64,000 nucleotides of DNA from an uncultured Gemmatimonadales bacterium (GCA_963795085.1 CAWCFX010000001.1:672001-736000), one strand, 5' to 3'. Positions 28,926 to 42,242 are shown, numbered from the stretch's first letter. Program-made: numbers and translations. The notes: generated by a model from the sequence alone, not told the origin.

Positions 28926-30251
28926 ATGTTGCGTTGGAGTGGCTTAGGCGCCTGTTTGGCCATGTTGACCGCCGGCTGCGGCGCGGGGCTGACACCGCCC
29001 GGACCAGTCGGGGAGACCCCCTGCTACGTGGCTGGGGAAGCCGGCTTTCGGGATACGGTCACCATCGCCTTCACCGACGTATTGCATCCCGCCCACCAGC
29101 CCGTTCCCCTGAACGACGCCGAACGCCTGCTCTTTCGGCACCAGTACGCCACCTTGATCCGGCTGGACTGCCAGGGCCGGGCCACACCGGATGCGGCCGT
29201 CACCTGGTCGCGCGACTCCACGGGGTACTCCTGGTCGTTCACCCTCGACAGCCTGGCACTGTCCGGTGGGGCGCCGCGTAATGCCGCCGATATGGTGACG
29301 GGATGGGACAGCCGCAGGACCGAAGGGCTCTGGCCCTGGCGCAGGATCCTATCGGTGCGGGCTACCGGACGGTACTCGATTGAGATCCGGCTCGATAGCA
29401 TCTTCGGGACAGTGCCGGAGGTTTTCGCCGACCTTGCCCTGGCCATTCACCACCCCGCGCCGCCCGGCCGCACGCCGCCGCCATCCGGCCGGTTTCGCGA
29501 GTTCCTCCACGCCCGACCCACCACCGGTCCGATCCTGGATCTGATCCTCCTGGTGCCCGCCGATACCCCGGCCCGTTCGCCGGTGCTCCGGTTTCAGGGC
29601 CTTCGGCGCGGACTCGATCCCCGTGATCTCCTGGACCTGCCGGCCGTGGGCGCGCTCCGGCCCGCCGATTTCGTGATCACCCGGGATGCCGATGCCGTGG
29701 CCTATGCCGGTGCTCGCGCCGGGTTCCGGACCATCCCGCTGGCGTGGGACCGGTCCTACCTGCTCGTCTCCCCTCTCGCCCTGGACGCCCTGGACGGTAT
29801 CGAGAGCCCGGACTTCCGGGAGTCGCTTGCCCGGGAGACGCTGCGCGACGAGGCCCGGCCGCCGGCGCCCCCGTTTACGTGGAATAGCCAGGACTGCAGC
29901 ACCCGGCCGCTCCGTCCCATGGGCCGACTGTCCCAGGTTGTTTACCCGCTCGACGATGACGTGGCTCGGCAACTGGCCGAACGGCTGGTCGCTCTCCGCT
30001 TTCCCGCCTACCGGGCGCTAGGCCTGTTGCCCGATCCGTTGGCGGCGTCACTCGCCGCCGGTGAGGCGGCGCTGTACGTGGTCCCCGTGAACCGCACCCC
30101 CGCGGCGGGTTGTCACGGATTCCCGGCATCGCCCGCCGGGTCCAGGGTGATTCCGCTGGTGGATTCCCGGGCCCATGCCATCGTTCGCGACGGCGTCCCT
30201 CCCTTCTATATCGAAGCGGATGGATCGGTGCGATTCCCGGTTGCCCCATGA
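28926..30251 (+). CDS. Lipoprotein resembling a degenerate family-5 solute-binding protein
   Basis: Lipobox TAGC; YATLIRLD..PDAAVTWS..WSFTL resembles the SBP_bac_5 N-terminus; coupled to kinase gene. Confidence 0.6.
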   Translation: MLRWSGLGACLAMLTAGCGAGLTPPGPVGETPCYVAGEAGFRDTVTIAFTDVLHPAHQPVPLNDAERLLFRHQYATLIRLDCQGRATPDAAVTWSRDSTGYSWSFTLDSLALSGGAPRNAADMVTGWDSRRTEGLWPWRRILSVRATGRYSIEIRLDSIFGTVPEVFADLALAIHHPAPPGRTPPPSGRFREFLHARPTTGPILDLILLVPADTPARSPVLRFQGLRRGLDPRDLLDLPAVGALRPADFVITRDADAVAYAGARAGFRTIPLAWDRSYLLVSPLALDALDGIESPDFRESLARETLRDEARPPAPPFTWNSQDCSTRPLRPMGRLSQVVYPLDDDVARQLAERLVALRFPAYRALGLLPDPLAASLAAGEAALYVVPVNRTPAAGCHGFPASPAGSRVIPLVDSRAHAIVRDGVPPFYIEADGSVRFPVAP

Positions 30252-31887
30252 CCTTCCGCACCCGGGTCGCCCTGGCCGTCGCCGTCGGGTCGTTGCTGCC
30301 TCTCGTCCTTCTCGCCGTGGGCGTCCGGCGCGAGATGACCTCCCGGCTGGAACGCCAGGCCGAGCTGGAGGTGCGTCGCCAGGCGGGGGAGATCGGCCGC
30401 CGACTGGCCTCCCAACACTCCGCCACGAGCGAACAACTGCGGCGGCTGGCGATAGCCCTGGCTGACGACAACCGCTTCCGGCTTGCGATCGCCGCCGATC
30501 CGGCCGACGCGTGGATCCGCGATTGGGCCTCCCGGGCGATGGAGCCGGCCGGTCTGGCGGTGCTCGAGCTGCAGGACAGCGCCGGCCGGGTCCTGAGTTC
30601 GGGGCACTTCCGGAACGAGTTCGGGCTGGACCATCGCGGGTTGGTCACGGCGCTGACCACGACCGGCACGCCGCCGGTCCTGATTCGGGCCAGCACACCC
30701 AACGGCCCGGTTGAGGTGCTCGGCGTGGCCCACCGGTTCATGGTCGCCGGCCGGAGCTACCTGCTCCTGGGGGGCCGGGGACTGGATCTTGCGCCGGGGG
30801 GAGACGGATCGGATGTCGCGGCCACTCTGCAGCTTGAAGCGCCACCGCCCGCGCCGACCCCCGCCGTGGTGGCGCGGTTTCCGTTGCGGCTGGTGGCCAG
30901 CGCCGAGCCGCATGCTATCCGCGATGTGGCGGTCGTCCTGACCCGGGACCTTTCATCGCTTGCCGAGCTTCGCCGGGGCGTGGATCGCTGGTTTCTGATC
31001 GCCGCCGCCGTGCTGGTTGCCCTGGCGATCCTGCTCTCGCTCTGGTTGTCCGACCGGGTGACCCGGCCCATCGCCGAACTGGCGGCCCGGACCTCCCACG
31101 TCGATCTGGACCGGCTTGACCAGACTTTTTCGACGGGCCGGGATGATGAGATTGGTGGCCTGGCCAAACTGCTCGATGCCATGACCGCCCGGCTGCGGGC
31201 CAGCGCCGCCCGGCTGCGCGAATCCGAGCGGCGCGCCATCACCGGCGACCTGGCCCGGCAGGTCAATCACGACATAAAGAACGGGCTGGCACCCATCCGG
31301 CATGTGCTGCGGCACCTGGGCCAGGTGGCCCGGGAGCAGCCGGACCGGCTGGCCGCCGTGTACCGGGAACGGCAGGGAACTCTGGATTCGAGCACTGAGT
31401 ACCTGGAGAACCTGAGCCGCAATTATGCCAGGCTGTCGCCTGCCGCCGGGGAGGGGACCGCCGATGTCCGCCAGCTGTTGGCGGAGATGGCAACAGCTCA
31501 TGGGCAGGACGGGGTCGCGGTGCAGGTGCTGGCCGGGCCTGCCAACCTGGAGGCGGGGGCCGATCCGGTTATTCTCAGGCGCATCATGGAGAATCTGTGC
31601 CGGAACGCGGTGGAGGCCGCCCGGGAAACCGGCGGAAGGGTCACTTTGCAGGCCGAGTCCCCTCATGCAGGCTCCCTGCGCCTTACCGTGGAGGATGACG
31701 GTCCGGGCATGACCGAAGCGCAACTCAGCCGGGCCTTCGACGATTTCTACACGACCCGGGCCGGCGGAACCGGCCTGGGGCTCTCCGTGGTCCGGCGGCT
31801 GGTGGCCGACCTCGGCGGTTCGCTCCGGGTGGAAACCGCTCCCGGCCGCGGCAGCCGCTTCATCGTCGAACTGCCGGCGGTGCCGGC

Positions 31888-31891
<4 letters not shown>
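30248..31891 (+). CDS. HAMP-domain sensor histidine kinase
   Basis: ATGA coupling; two TMs; HAMP; H-box NHDIKNGL; NLCRNA, DDGPGM, GTGLGL. Confidence 0.92.
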
Positions 31892-33240
<1,349 letters not shown>

Positions 33241-33243
33241 CAC

Positions 33244-33293
33244 CGGTCCATCGGGACACTCTTCCCAATCTCTCCTCGTGTCCCGGTGGACAC
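33244..33293. promoter_or_regulatory. Tandem palindromic upstream activator sites GTGTCC-N4-GGACAC
   Basis: cgGTCC-atcg-GGACAC (33244-33259) and perfect GTGTCC-cggt-GGACAC (33278-33293), 34 bp apart. Confidence 0.65.
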
Positions 33294-33379
33294 GGACGCC
33301 TCGATCCCGCCGCGAGCATCTAACCCGACACTCCTTACGTCACAATCACTTACCTCGCTCGGCCCCGGGGCGCATTTCG

Positions 33380-33394
33380 TGGCCGTTCGCTTGC
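33380..33394 (+). promoter_or_regulatory. Sigma54 -24/-12 promoter for the TPR lipoprotein gene
   Basis: TGGC-CGTTCGC-TTGC matches TGGC-N7-TTGC; IHF-like CAA-TCAC-TTA at 33343-33352. Confidence 0.7.
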
Positions 33395-33469
33395 CTTTCC
33401 CTGGTGGCGTCACCGCGGCGAGCCCGTTCGCCGCACCATCGCGCCCAAGGCGCCCACCAGGAGGAAAAC

Positions 33470-34483
33470 ATGACCCGCACCGTCATCACCACGCATCGGT
33501 TCCCGCGTACCGCGCTCGCGCTGGGCGCGCTGCTCCTCGCCGCCTGTGGCGAGAAGCCGCCGGCTGGAACCGCTACCGCCGGCGCCGAAACTCCGGCGGC
33601 GACCATCATCAATGCCAGCGTCACCACGCGCGAGCCGGCGCCCCTGCCCACCGCGGCCGGCCCGGTCATGCCGGCGTCATTCGCCGATGCCGAATCGGTG
33701 TATCGCGCCGGAGACTATGCCGCCGCCCGGCGGTTCTTTCAGTCCTATGTCGAGGCCCGGCCCGAGAACCCCTGGGGCCATTACATGCTGGGGCTCTCCG
33801 CGTGGAAGAGCGGGGACCTGCCGCAGGCCGAAGCCGCCTTTGAGCGGGCCATCACCCTGGATTCGACTCAGATCAAGAGCTACCTGAACGGGGCCCGGGT
33901 GCTCCTGGACCTGGGGCGGAACCACGAGGCGCTGGAACGGGCCGAGCAGGCCCGCCGGCTGGATGCTGGAAACGCCGAGACACTCAGACTCATCGCCCGG
34001 GCCCGGCACGCGATGGGGCAGGCCGATGCCGCGATCGAGGCGTATCGCGGGGCCATTCTGCTGGACGACCGCGACGTGTGGGCCATGAACAACCTGGGTG
34101 TCCTGTATCTCGATCGGGGCGAGCCGGACCTGGCGCTGGCACCCCTCGCGAGGGCCGTACAGCTCCGGAACACCGCACCTGTCTTCCAGAACAACCTGGG
34201 CATCGCACTGGAACGCAGCGGCCATGTCGCCGCGGCCCGGTCGGCCTACGAGGCAGCGATCCGCGCCGACAGCAGCTATGCCAAGGCCATCACCAGCCTT
34301 GCCCGGGTGAATGGCCTGGTTGCCGACCCCGCAGACCTCGTGGATCTCGATGAGCTGGCCCAGGTATTTCGGATGCAGGTGGGGATGTGGCGGGATAACG
34401 CCGCCCTGGGGGGTGAACCGGCTCTCGATTCGCTGATCAAGGCGGACACCCTGACCGGAGCCGGTCCCGAGGGGGATCGGTAG
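33470..34483 (+). CDS. TPR-repeat lipoprotein
   Basis: AGGAGG RBS before ATG 33470; lipobox LAAC; about 6 TPRs (AMNNLG, FQNNLG). Confidence 0.88.
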   Translation: MTRTVITTHRFPRTALALGALLLAACGEKPPAGTATAGAETPAATIINASVTTREPAPLPTAAGPVMPASFADAESVYRAGDYAAARRFFQSYVEARPENPWGHYMLGLSAWKSGDLPQAEAAFERAITLDSTQIKSYLNGARVLLDLGRNHEALERAEQARRLDAGNAETLRLIARARHAMGQADAAIEAYRGAILLDDRDVWAMNNLGVLYLDRGEPDLALAPLARAVQLRNTAPVFQNNLGIALERSGHVAAARSAYEAAIRADSSYAKAITSLARVNGLVADPADLVDLDELAQVFRMQVGMWRDNAALGGEPALDSLIKADTLTGAGPEGDR

Positions 34484-34503
34484 GGACTGACAAGCGACAG
34501 CAC

Positions 34504-34533
34504 GAAGCCCCGGCGAGCCGCCGGGGCTTTTCT
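34504..34533 (+). terminator. Rho-independent terminator
   Basis: AAGCCCCGGCG-AGC-CGCCGGGGCTT followed by TTCT. Confidence 0.8.
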
Positions 34534-34574
34534 GCCACCAATCCACCTCACATCGACCCCCGGACCCCTCAAGC

Positions 34575-34970
34575 TCACTTCGTCTTCTTCACGATCCCTT
34601 CCAGCACCTCTTTCGCCAGGCCCTTGTCCCACACCACCATGTCCTCGCTGGCGACGACCTCGACCCGGGTACCTTCACCTTCGGTGCGGAGGGTGACCTG
34701 GATGTTCTTGTCACCGCGCTTTCCGTTCAGTTGCCGTTCCTCGCTGCTGCCCGTCTGCTCGCTGGTGATTTTCTCCTCGCTGATGCCCATTTCCCGGAAG
34801 GTCTGCTGCGCGGCCGCCATGGCCCGGTCGATGGGGGTCGCCACCAGGGATTCGGCGCCCCGGTCGGACAGATAGATGCCGGCACCCAGGCCGGCCCCCG
34901 CAGCGGCGAGGCAACCACCGGTGGTCGTGACAACCAGCGCCAGCAGGACAGTTCTCAGGTGTCGGGACAT
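34575..34970 (-). CDS. Small lipoprotein, DUF3568-like
   Basis: GGAGGAG RBS; TGGC lipobox then LAAAGAGLGAG. Confidence 0.7.
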   Translation of the reverse strand: MSRHLRTVLLALVVTTTGGCLAAAGAGLGAGIYLSDRGAESLVATPIDRAMAAAQQTFREMGISEEKITSEQTGSSEERQLNGKRGDKNIQVTLRTEGEGTRVEVVASEDMVVWDKGLAKEVLEGIVKKTK

Positions 34971-35059
34971 ATCGGCTCCTCCACGGTCAGGTCCATGGCA
35001 AAACGCTCCCGACACGGTGGCGCTCCGGCCACCTGGCAGCCGTGACCTGTCTCACGAGT

Positions 35060-36814
35060 CTACTGCAGTACCGGCAGGACGATGCGGGAAGGGCGCCGGC
35101 GATCGTGGTAGATCGAAATCCGGGCGGACTGCGTGTTGTCGGAGAACACTTCCGAGTCGCCGCTGTGGAGGTTCCGCGAGAACCACGGATAGAAGGTCGT
35201 GGAAACCTGGATTCGGATCCGGTGACCCCGTCGGAACAAGTTGCCGGTCAGCATGTTGTCCAACGTCAATCGGTAGATACGCCCGGGGACCAGTGGTGCC
35301 GGTTCCATGGTTTGGGTGCGAGAGCTGGCCCGGATCACGTCCAGGCCCGGGTGCATGAGGTTCCACGCAGTGCCGTCCGGCGCAACATCCTGGACCCTGA
35401 CCCAGAGGTCGGTATCCCGCCCGTCGACGGCCAGGTAGATCTCCGCCGATATGGCGCCAACTACCCTGAGTTCCTGGTCCAGTGGCGGAGTCTCGAAGGT
35501 CAGGACATCCTCCCGACCCGCCAGCGCCCGGTAGTCGTGGGCCCCCGGGGATTCGGCATGGGGATCGATGACCGGGGCTGCGGGATCCGACTCGAAGACA
35601 CTGAACTCCTCCTCCTCCGGGTTGCGGGCCGGCAGGAGGCGTCCCAGGGCGGAACTGGTATCCCGGCCCGCGAGGTACAACGGATGCGGTTGGATGCCCG
35701 GCAGGGGCCAGCGGTCCGACTCGATCCAGCGATTCTCGCCCATGACGTATACCCGGACCCGGGGCTCGGTCCTGACCCCGTTGTCCAGCCCTTTGAGGTG
35801 ATGGTCCATCCACCGGAGCACCAGCTCGTCGTAGTCCCGGGCAGCCTGGTCGCCCACCTCACGCTCTCCCACCGCAGTCCGGCCTACGGCATCGACCCCA
35901 TGGGACCAGGGGCCCAGCACCAGGCTGGCCCTGGGCGCCCGTCCCGCGCGGGCGGCAAGGAGGCCTCGAAAGTTGCGGATCGCGCCCGATGGCCCGTAGG
36001 CCTCATCATGCCAGCCGGACAGATTCAGCACCGCGGCCTGGGTGCGCCGGTACTTGCCGGTAAGATCGGCCCAGTTCCACCACGGGTCGGCGGCCGGATG
36101 ATTGAGCCATTCGTAGTACCAGGGCGCCACCTGCTTGAGAGCGGGCAAGCCGCGGAGCGGAAGGTATCCGTGCAGCCGGTCTTTGACCGCCTGCCACTCG
36201 GCGGCGGCAGCCTGGTAGGTTTGCGGACCGGGCAAGCCGTTCCGGACCCGGATGTCGGGCGCGATGTTGAACCAGATCCACCCGATCCAGGAGAGATCCC
36301 AGACGCCGCCGGAGGTGAAAAACGTCCGCGGGGTGGCGAAGGTCATGGCCGGCGCCATGGCGCGGAGGTGAGGTGGGCTTTCTACCGCGGCGAGCCATTG
36401 GACGGCACCGGGGTAGGACAGGCCAAAGGTACCCACCTGGCCGTTGGACCAGGGCCGGGCCGCGGCCCATTCAATGGTGTCATAACCGTCGCGACCCTCC
36501 TGGTGGTAAGCGTTGAATTCGCCGCCCGACCCATAGCGGCCGCGGACGTCCTGGACGAGGACGGCGTACCCGCGATCCACCGCTTTCCGGAAGATGGTAT
36601 ACTCTTCGACCGCTGAGCGGCGCCCGTACGGCGTCCGGTAGACCAGGACCGGCCAGGGACCCTCTCCCGGTGGGCGGAGCAGATCGGCCTTGAGGATCAC
36701 GCTGTCTCGCATGGGAATGGCAAGATCGCGATCCGTGACCAGCGGCGCGGAATCCTGGGCCCGGAGCACGCCCGAGATTGCCGCAACGAGAGGAAACCAG
36801 CGAAGGAGGCGCAT
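35060..36814 (-). CDS. CocE/NonD (peptidase S15) family hydrolase
   Basis: IPMRD, RTPYG, QDVRGRYGSGG, DGYDTIEW, GLSYPG. Confidence 0.92.
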   Translation of the reverse strand: MRLLRWFPLVAAISGVLRAQDSAPLVTDRDLAIPMRDSVILKADLLRPPGEGPWPVLVYRTPYGRRSAVEEYTIFRKAVDRGYAVLVQDVRGRYGSGGEFNAYHQEGRDGYDTIEWAAARPWSNGQVGTFGLSYPGAVQWLAAVESPPHLRAMAPAMTFATPRTFFTSGGVWDLSWIGWIWFNIAPDIRVRNGLPGPQTYQAAAAEWQAVKDRLHGYLPLRGLPALKQVAPWYYEWLNHPAADPWWNWADLTGKYRRTQAAVLNLSGWHDEAYGPSGAIRNFRGLLAARAGRAPRASLVLGPWSHGVDAVGRTAVGEREVGDQAARDYDELVLRWMDHHLKGLDNGVRTEPRVRVYVMGENRWIESDRWPLPGIQPHPLYLAGRDTSSALGRLLPARNPEEEEFSVFESDPAAPVIDPHAESPGAHDYRALAGREDVLTFETPPLDQELRVVGAISAEIYLAVDGRDTDLWVRVQDVAPDGTAWNLMHPGLDVIRASSRTQTMEPAPLVPGRIYRLTLDNMLTGNLFRRGHRIRIQVSTTFYPWFSRNLHSGDSEVFSDNTQSARISIYHDRRRPSRIVLPVLQ

Positions 36815-36838
36815 GCCGATAATATGCACCGGGTCCCC

Positions 36839-37642
36839 ATGACGTCCGCAACCGTGGCCCTGCTGGGAGTGGCGTACGACCAGGCGTCTTCGTTTCAGCG
36901 GGGGGCGGCTGCCGGGCCGGCGGCGATCCGGGCTGCGCTGCACTCCGGGAGCACCAACCTATGGTCGGAATCGCTCCTCGATCTGGGACGCCCGGGCGTG
37001 CTGATCGACGCCGGCGACATCACTCCCGCCCGGGCGGCGGCCCGGGACGAGATCCAAAGCGCGGTGGCCGCCGTCCTGGAGCGCGGACAGGCTCCGCTTA
37101 TCCTGGGAGGAGACCATTCGATCACCTATCCGGCGGTGCGGGCGTTCCGCGGCCGGGCGCCTTTCGCGCTTCTCCACTTCGATGCTCACCCCGATCTCTA
37201 TCCTGACTACATGGGCGACCGCTATTCGCATGCCTCGCCATTTGCCCGGCTAATGGAGGAGGGACTCGCGGCCGAGCTGGTGCAGGTGGGAGTGCGGACG
37301 ATGAACGGCATCCAGGCCGAGCAGGCGGCGCGGTTCGGGGCGCAGGAAATCGGGCCCGACCAATGGGCGGCCGGCTGGCGGTTCAGCTCCGCGCTACCGG
37401 TCTATCTGTCAATCGACCTGGATGTTCTGGACCCCGCCTTCGCGCCCGGCGTGGCTCATCCCGAGCCGGGCGGTTGCTCCACCCGGCAGCTGCTCTCCAC
37501 GCTGCAGGCCATCCCGAATCGGGTCATCGGAGCGGATATCGTCGAATTGAACCCCGCGAACGATCCTGCCGGGCTGACCGCGAGGGTCGCCGCGAAACTG
37601 GTCAAGGAAGTTGCCGCGATGATGCTACGGGTGACGGTCTGA
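36839..37642 (+). CDS. speB: Agmatinase (arginase/ureohydrolase family)
   Basis: GGDHSI, DAHPD, SHASPF, SIDLDVLDPAFAPGV, DIVELNP. Confidence 0.8.
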   Translation: MTSATVALLGVAYDQASSFQRGAAAGPAAIRAALHSGSTNLWSESLLDLGRPGVLIDAGDITPARAAARDEIQSAVAAVLERGQAPLILGGDHSITYPAVRAFRGRAPFALLHFDAHPDLYPDYMGDRYSHASPFARLMEEGLAAELVQVGVRTMNGIQAEQAARFGAQEIGPDQWAAGWRFSSALPVYLSIDLDVLDPAFAPGVAHPEPGGCSTRQLLSTLQAIPNRVIGADIVELNPANDPAGLTARVAAKLVKEVAAMMLRVTV

Positions 37643-37643
37643 T

Positions 37644-39530
37644 TCAGCGGACTCGGAGGAGGGCCAGGTCGGTCCGGGAGACGGAGAGGGGCTGACCTTC
37701 GGGAGCGGTGTAGGCAATCTGGGTGGGGCCGCTGACCTCGACTTCCAGGTAACGGGCATCGAGTTCTTCCAGCATCAGCGTGGAAACCCCTCCGCCGGCC
37801 GATACATGGGCATCCACGAGCACGCTCGCCGGAAAGAACCGGCGCAGGTCCCACATGGGGTCCTGGATGGCCGGGCTGGCGCCCGGCAGTTCGTCGGCGT
37901 ACCAGGAAAGCAGCCATTCGCCCACCACCTGGTTGGGGGAGCGGCGCTGCCCGGTCAGGTCGTTGGAGATCTGGGTGAAGGTCCGCCGCGCCGGCAACGA
38001 GGAAAAACGCTCCAGCACCGCGGCCTGCGGCTGTCCGGATTCCACCGCCCGGGCGATCAGGCTGCTGACCATGCGGCAGGCCATCGGGTAGTCGATCGCA
38101 CCGGCGACGGACCGGGGGCGGGCCGGGACGTCCGCCAGCCCGCACATGGAAAACAGGCGGGCCCCCTTGGCGGTCATCAGATGCGGAGAATTCCCCAGGT
38201 TGCTCGTGAAGGGCCGGGGCGCTCCCTGCATCGTCCACAGGTGCCGCATGACATCGGCGTAGCCTTCGACGGTCCATTCCTTTCGCCGGGCCGACTGGTC
38301 CGGGCTGCGCTGAAACCAGAAGTCGGCCAGGTGCGCGGTCTCGTGGGCCGCGGTGCTGAGCATGCGTGCTTCCCGGGCCGCCGTAGGGCGGAACAGCGCG
38401 GTGCCATCGAGCCAGATGAAGTCGTTGCGCGCGGGGCGGTTGCCGCACAAGTGCCCGGTTTCCCAGGATGGATACGCGAAGCCGCGGGCGTTGGCCGCGC
38501 TGGAGTCGGTGACCAGCACCGGGATACGGCTGGAACGGTGCCAGCCGGGAAGCGCCTCCGTGAAAAACGGGGTGACCATTGTTTCGTACTCGTCCAGGAA
38601 GGCCAGGAGGCGTTCCTTGACCGCCGGGTTTCGGCGAGCCCGTACCAGGGTAGGCGCGTCGACGAAGACCATCAGGTGGGCCGAGCTGCCGACGGCCTTC
38701 CAGTATTCGGGCCTGCGGCCCGGCCCGTGCAGCCCCAGGAAGCGGCCGTTCTTGGCCCGGGCGGTGGCCAGGAGCAGCGAATCACCGATGACGGGCGAGG
38801 CCGAACATGGAGTGGCCCCGGGCAGCACCGAATCCCAGGGTGCCCGCTCGAGGTAATTGACCGCCGGCAGGTAGGAAAGCTCGTACTGTTCAGGGTCCGG
38901 CCGCTCCACCAGGCGGGAGGGCCGCTTGGGGAGGGACCGCGGGCCCGCCACCTGACGGCCAAGGAGCCGGTGTTCCGGCTGAATCGTCACCTGGGCGCGG
39001 ACCGTGTCGGTTTTCCGGGCCAGACGGTCGTCCTGTTCCCACGAAAACGGCATCGCGACATAAAGGCCGGTATCGGCGACCTCGACCGCGCAGCCGCGCG
39101 CGACGGCGTCGGTTGCAAGGACGTGCTCGCCCGGTGCGAGCGAAACCCGGAAGGGCACGGCCGCCGCCGGCAAGACCACCTGAGTCCGTTGCCGGCCCCG
39201 GCGAAGCTCGACGTCAAAGGAGACTCCGGACCGGAGGCAGGGCGTAAAGAGGGCCGACGGCAGTTCCACGGCAAGGCTGGTGTCGCTGGCCTGCCGAGTG
39301 GGGGCCCGGAAGCCTCCCACCCGCACCTGGATGCCCGCGAGGTCCACCCCCGAAAAGCGAAGAACCTGACCCGGCGCGAGCACCGAATCCATGGGCGTGA
39401 CGCGCAGGCTCACCGGTCCGACCAGCCCCTCGTCCGCCCGGCATGCGAGCAGCACGAACACCGCAAGGGCCAGAACGATCAGGCCTCGCGCCGTGCTGAG
39501 GTTGACATGGGCGGGTGTTGCGGGCCGCAT
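37644..39530 (-). CDS. Hypothetical lipoprotein, possible zinc metallopeptidase
   Basis: Lipobox LLAC; TAAHETAH (HExxH) followed by WTVEGYA. Confidence 0.65.
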   Translation of the reverse strand: MRPATPAHVNLSTARGLIVLALAVFVLLACRADEGLVGPVSLRVTPMDSVLAPGQVLRFSGVDLAGIQVRVGGFRAPTRQASDTSLAVELPSALFTPCLRSGVSFDVELRRGRQRTQVVLPAAAVPFRVSLAPGEHVLATDAVARGCAVEVADTGLYVAMPFSWEQDDRLARKTDTVRAQVTIQPEHRLLGRQVAGPRSLPKRPSRLVERPDPEQYELSYLPAVNYLERAPWDSVLPGATPCSASPVIGDSLLLATARAKNGRFLGLHGPGRRPEYWKAVGSSAHLMVFVDAPTLVRARRNPAVKERLLAFLDEYETMVTPFFTEALPGWHRSSRIPVLVTDSSAANARGFAYPSWETGHLCGNRPARNDFIWLDGTALFRPTAAREARMLSTAAHETAHLADFWFQRSPDQSARRKEWTVEGYADVMRHLWTMQGAPRPFTSNLGNSPHLMTAKGARLFSMCGLADVPARPRSVAGAIDYPMACRMVSSLIARAVESGQPQAAVLERFSSLPARRTFTQISNDLTGQRRSPNQVVGEWLLSWYADELPGASPAIQDPMWDLRRFFPASVLVDAHVSAGGGVSTLMLEELDARYLEVEVSGPTQIAYTAPEGQPLSVSRTDLALLRVR

Positions 39531-39576
39531 GGGCCTTCCCTCCGGCTGGAAACTAGTGACTACCCGTAGGTATAGA

Positions 39577-39592
39577 TGCAAAAGCAGGACCT
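39577..39592 (-). promoter_or_regulatory. Weak candidate sigma54 promoter
   Basis: Minus strand AGGTCCTGCTTTTGCA = GG-N10-GC. Confidence 0.35.
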
Positions 39593-39657
39593 GCGGTTAC
39601 TGCCCCCTGGAGCGGGCCGCCCCGGCCTCCCCGGCCAGGATTGTCTGCTCCGCCGGA

Positions 39658-40080
39658 CTACCAGCCGTCCGGAAAGGTGACATCGATGGCCATCGCGATC
39701 GCGACCAACTCGCGTGCCGCCCCGGCATAGGGAAGCAGCGATCCCATGCTCCCTTTCGAAAGGCGAAGTTTCCCGCTCATTACCGCAGTCAGCGGAGCCA
39801 TCGTCCCCCCGAGCAGTTCGCGCCATACCGGGGCAGTTCCGGTCAGGACGTAGCGGGCGTTTTCCCGGTCCAGGGGAGTGGCCGCCCGGGCCTGGCGACA
39901 CTCTCCGTGCCAAAGGTCGAGGTAGACCGCCCGCTCGTCGGCGGTGCTCGAGCCATCCCGGGCCATGACCAGGGCGACACCTCCCTCCCATGTACTCGCT
40001 GCGGCCCGGTACGCCTGGCTCTGGTTCAGCCGGGTGCACCATTGGTTGGCCCATTCCGCGGAAAATGCTTCGCTTGCCAT
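39658..40080 (-). CDS. SCP2 sterol/lipid-binding domain protein
   Basis: FSAEW..LN..Y..AA..WEG; LDLWHGEC; AVMSGKLRLSKG. Confidence 0.82.
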   Translation of the reverse strand: MASEAFSAEWANQWCTRLNQSQAYRAAASTWEGGVALVMARDGSSTADERAVYLDLWHGECRQARAATPLDRENARYVLTGTAPVWRELLGGTMAPLTAVMSGKLRLSKGSMGSLLPYAGAARELVAIAMAIDVTFPDGW

Positions 40081-40370
40081 GATCCTAGTCAGGGTATGTT
40101 GACCGTGAATGGTGACTTACAATTTTTGTCCAGTGAGTCAGTGTCCACCTGACCTGTTGGTCAATCGGCGCAAGGAGCCCGGTACCAGGGGCTGCTTTCG
40201 CCGTCTATTCCCAAGAACGTGATGCACATCACTGCCCACCCCCACGAGCGAAGGACATCTTGCCCATCCTACGGGACCCGACGATCGCGGTCCCGGTCAA
40301 GCGGTTCTGGCCTATTGCCGAGTGTGGTAGGGTTGCCGTACCGCATCAAACCTGTCAGGGAGGTTATCGG

Positions 40371-41045
40371 ATGTTTTCTCATCGCTCTCACTCCGGCCGG
40401 GTCGCGCTCGCTGGTTTAGTTGCGGCCTTCAGCGTTGTCGGCTGTGCCCGGGTCACCCCGGACCAGTTGCAGACCGAGTTGACCACCATTCGTTCGGAAA
40501 TCGCCTCCGGAGACAGCGCGTTGAGCGGGCGTATCACCGCGACGGATCAGCGGGTGAATGCCATGCAGACCCGGCTCGACTCCCTGGAGCGCGACCTGCA
40601 GGCTCTGCGCAGCGAGTTTAACGCCAGCATCCAGCGAATGGAAACCGCCGTGCGGTTCAATGTACCCGTACACTTCGATTTTGACGATGCGACCCTTCGC
40701 GAAGCCGACCGGCCGATGCTGGACCGCTTTGCCCAGATCACCCAGAAGTACTTCACCGACGCGACCATCACCATCGAAGGCTTCACCGACCCGGCTGGCG
40801 ATGCCAGCTACAACCTGGCCCTCGGCATGGACCGGGCCGAGGCCGTGCGTGACTATCTCGCCTCGGCGAGCGGTCTGACCGGCGACCGGGTCAAGGCCGT
40901 GAGCTATGGCGAGGCGCGGAACCGGCAGGTTGTTCCGGGGGCGCAGGGCCCCGGCCAGGCCGGGATGGAGAACCGCCGGGTGGCCCTGGTCATCGACTAT
41001 GCGGGCACCGGCACCACCCCGACCACCACCGCCAGCGCAAACTAG
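40371..41045 (+). CDS. OmpA/Pal-family lipoprotein with coiled-coil N-terminus
   Basis: GGAGG RBS; lipobox VVGC; VHFDFD, IEGFTD, YNLALG..RA, VSYGE, NRRV. Confidence 0.9.
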   Translation: MFSHRSHSGRVALAGLVAAFSVVGCARVTPDQLQTELTTIRSEIASGDSALSGRITATDQRVNAMQTRLDSLERDLQALRSEFNASIQRMETAVRFNVPVHFDFDDATLREADRPMLDRFAQITQKYFTDATITIEGFTDPAGDASYNLALGMDRAEAVRDYLASASGLTGDRVKAVSYGEARNRQVVPGAQGPGQAGMENRRVALVIDYAGTGTTPTTTASAN

Positions 41046-41063
41046 CCGCCCCGCGGTTCCTCC

Positions 41064-41097
41064 AGAAAGCGCCGGGTTCTCCCGGCGCTTTTTGTTT
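41064..41097 (+). terminator. Rho-independent terminator
   Basis: AAAGCGCCGGG-TTCT-CCCGGCGCTTT followed by TTGTTT. Confidence 0.85.
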
Positions 41098-41114
41098 GCC
41101 GTTACCTTGGGGCC

Positions 41115-42230
<1,116 letters not shown>

Positions 42231-42242
42231 CCCCGGACGGTC

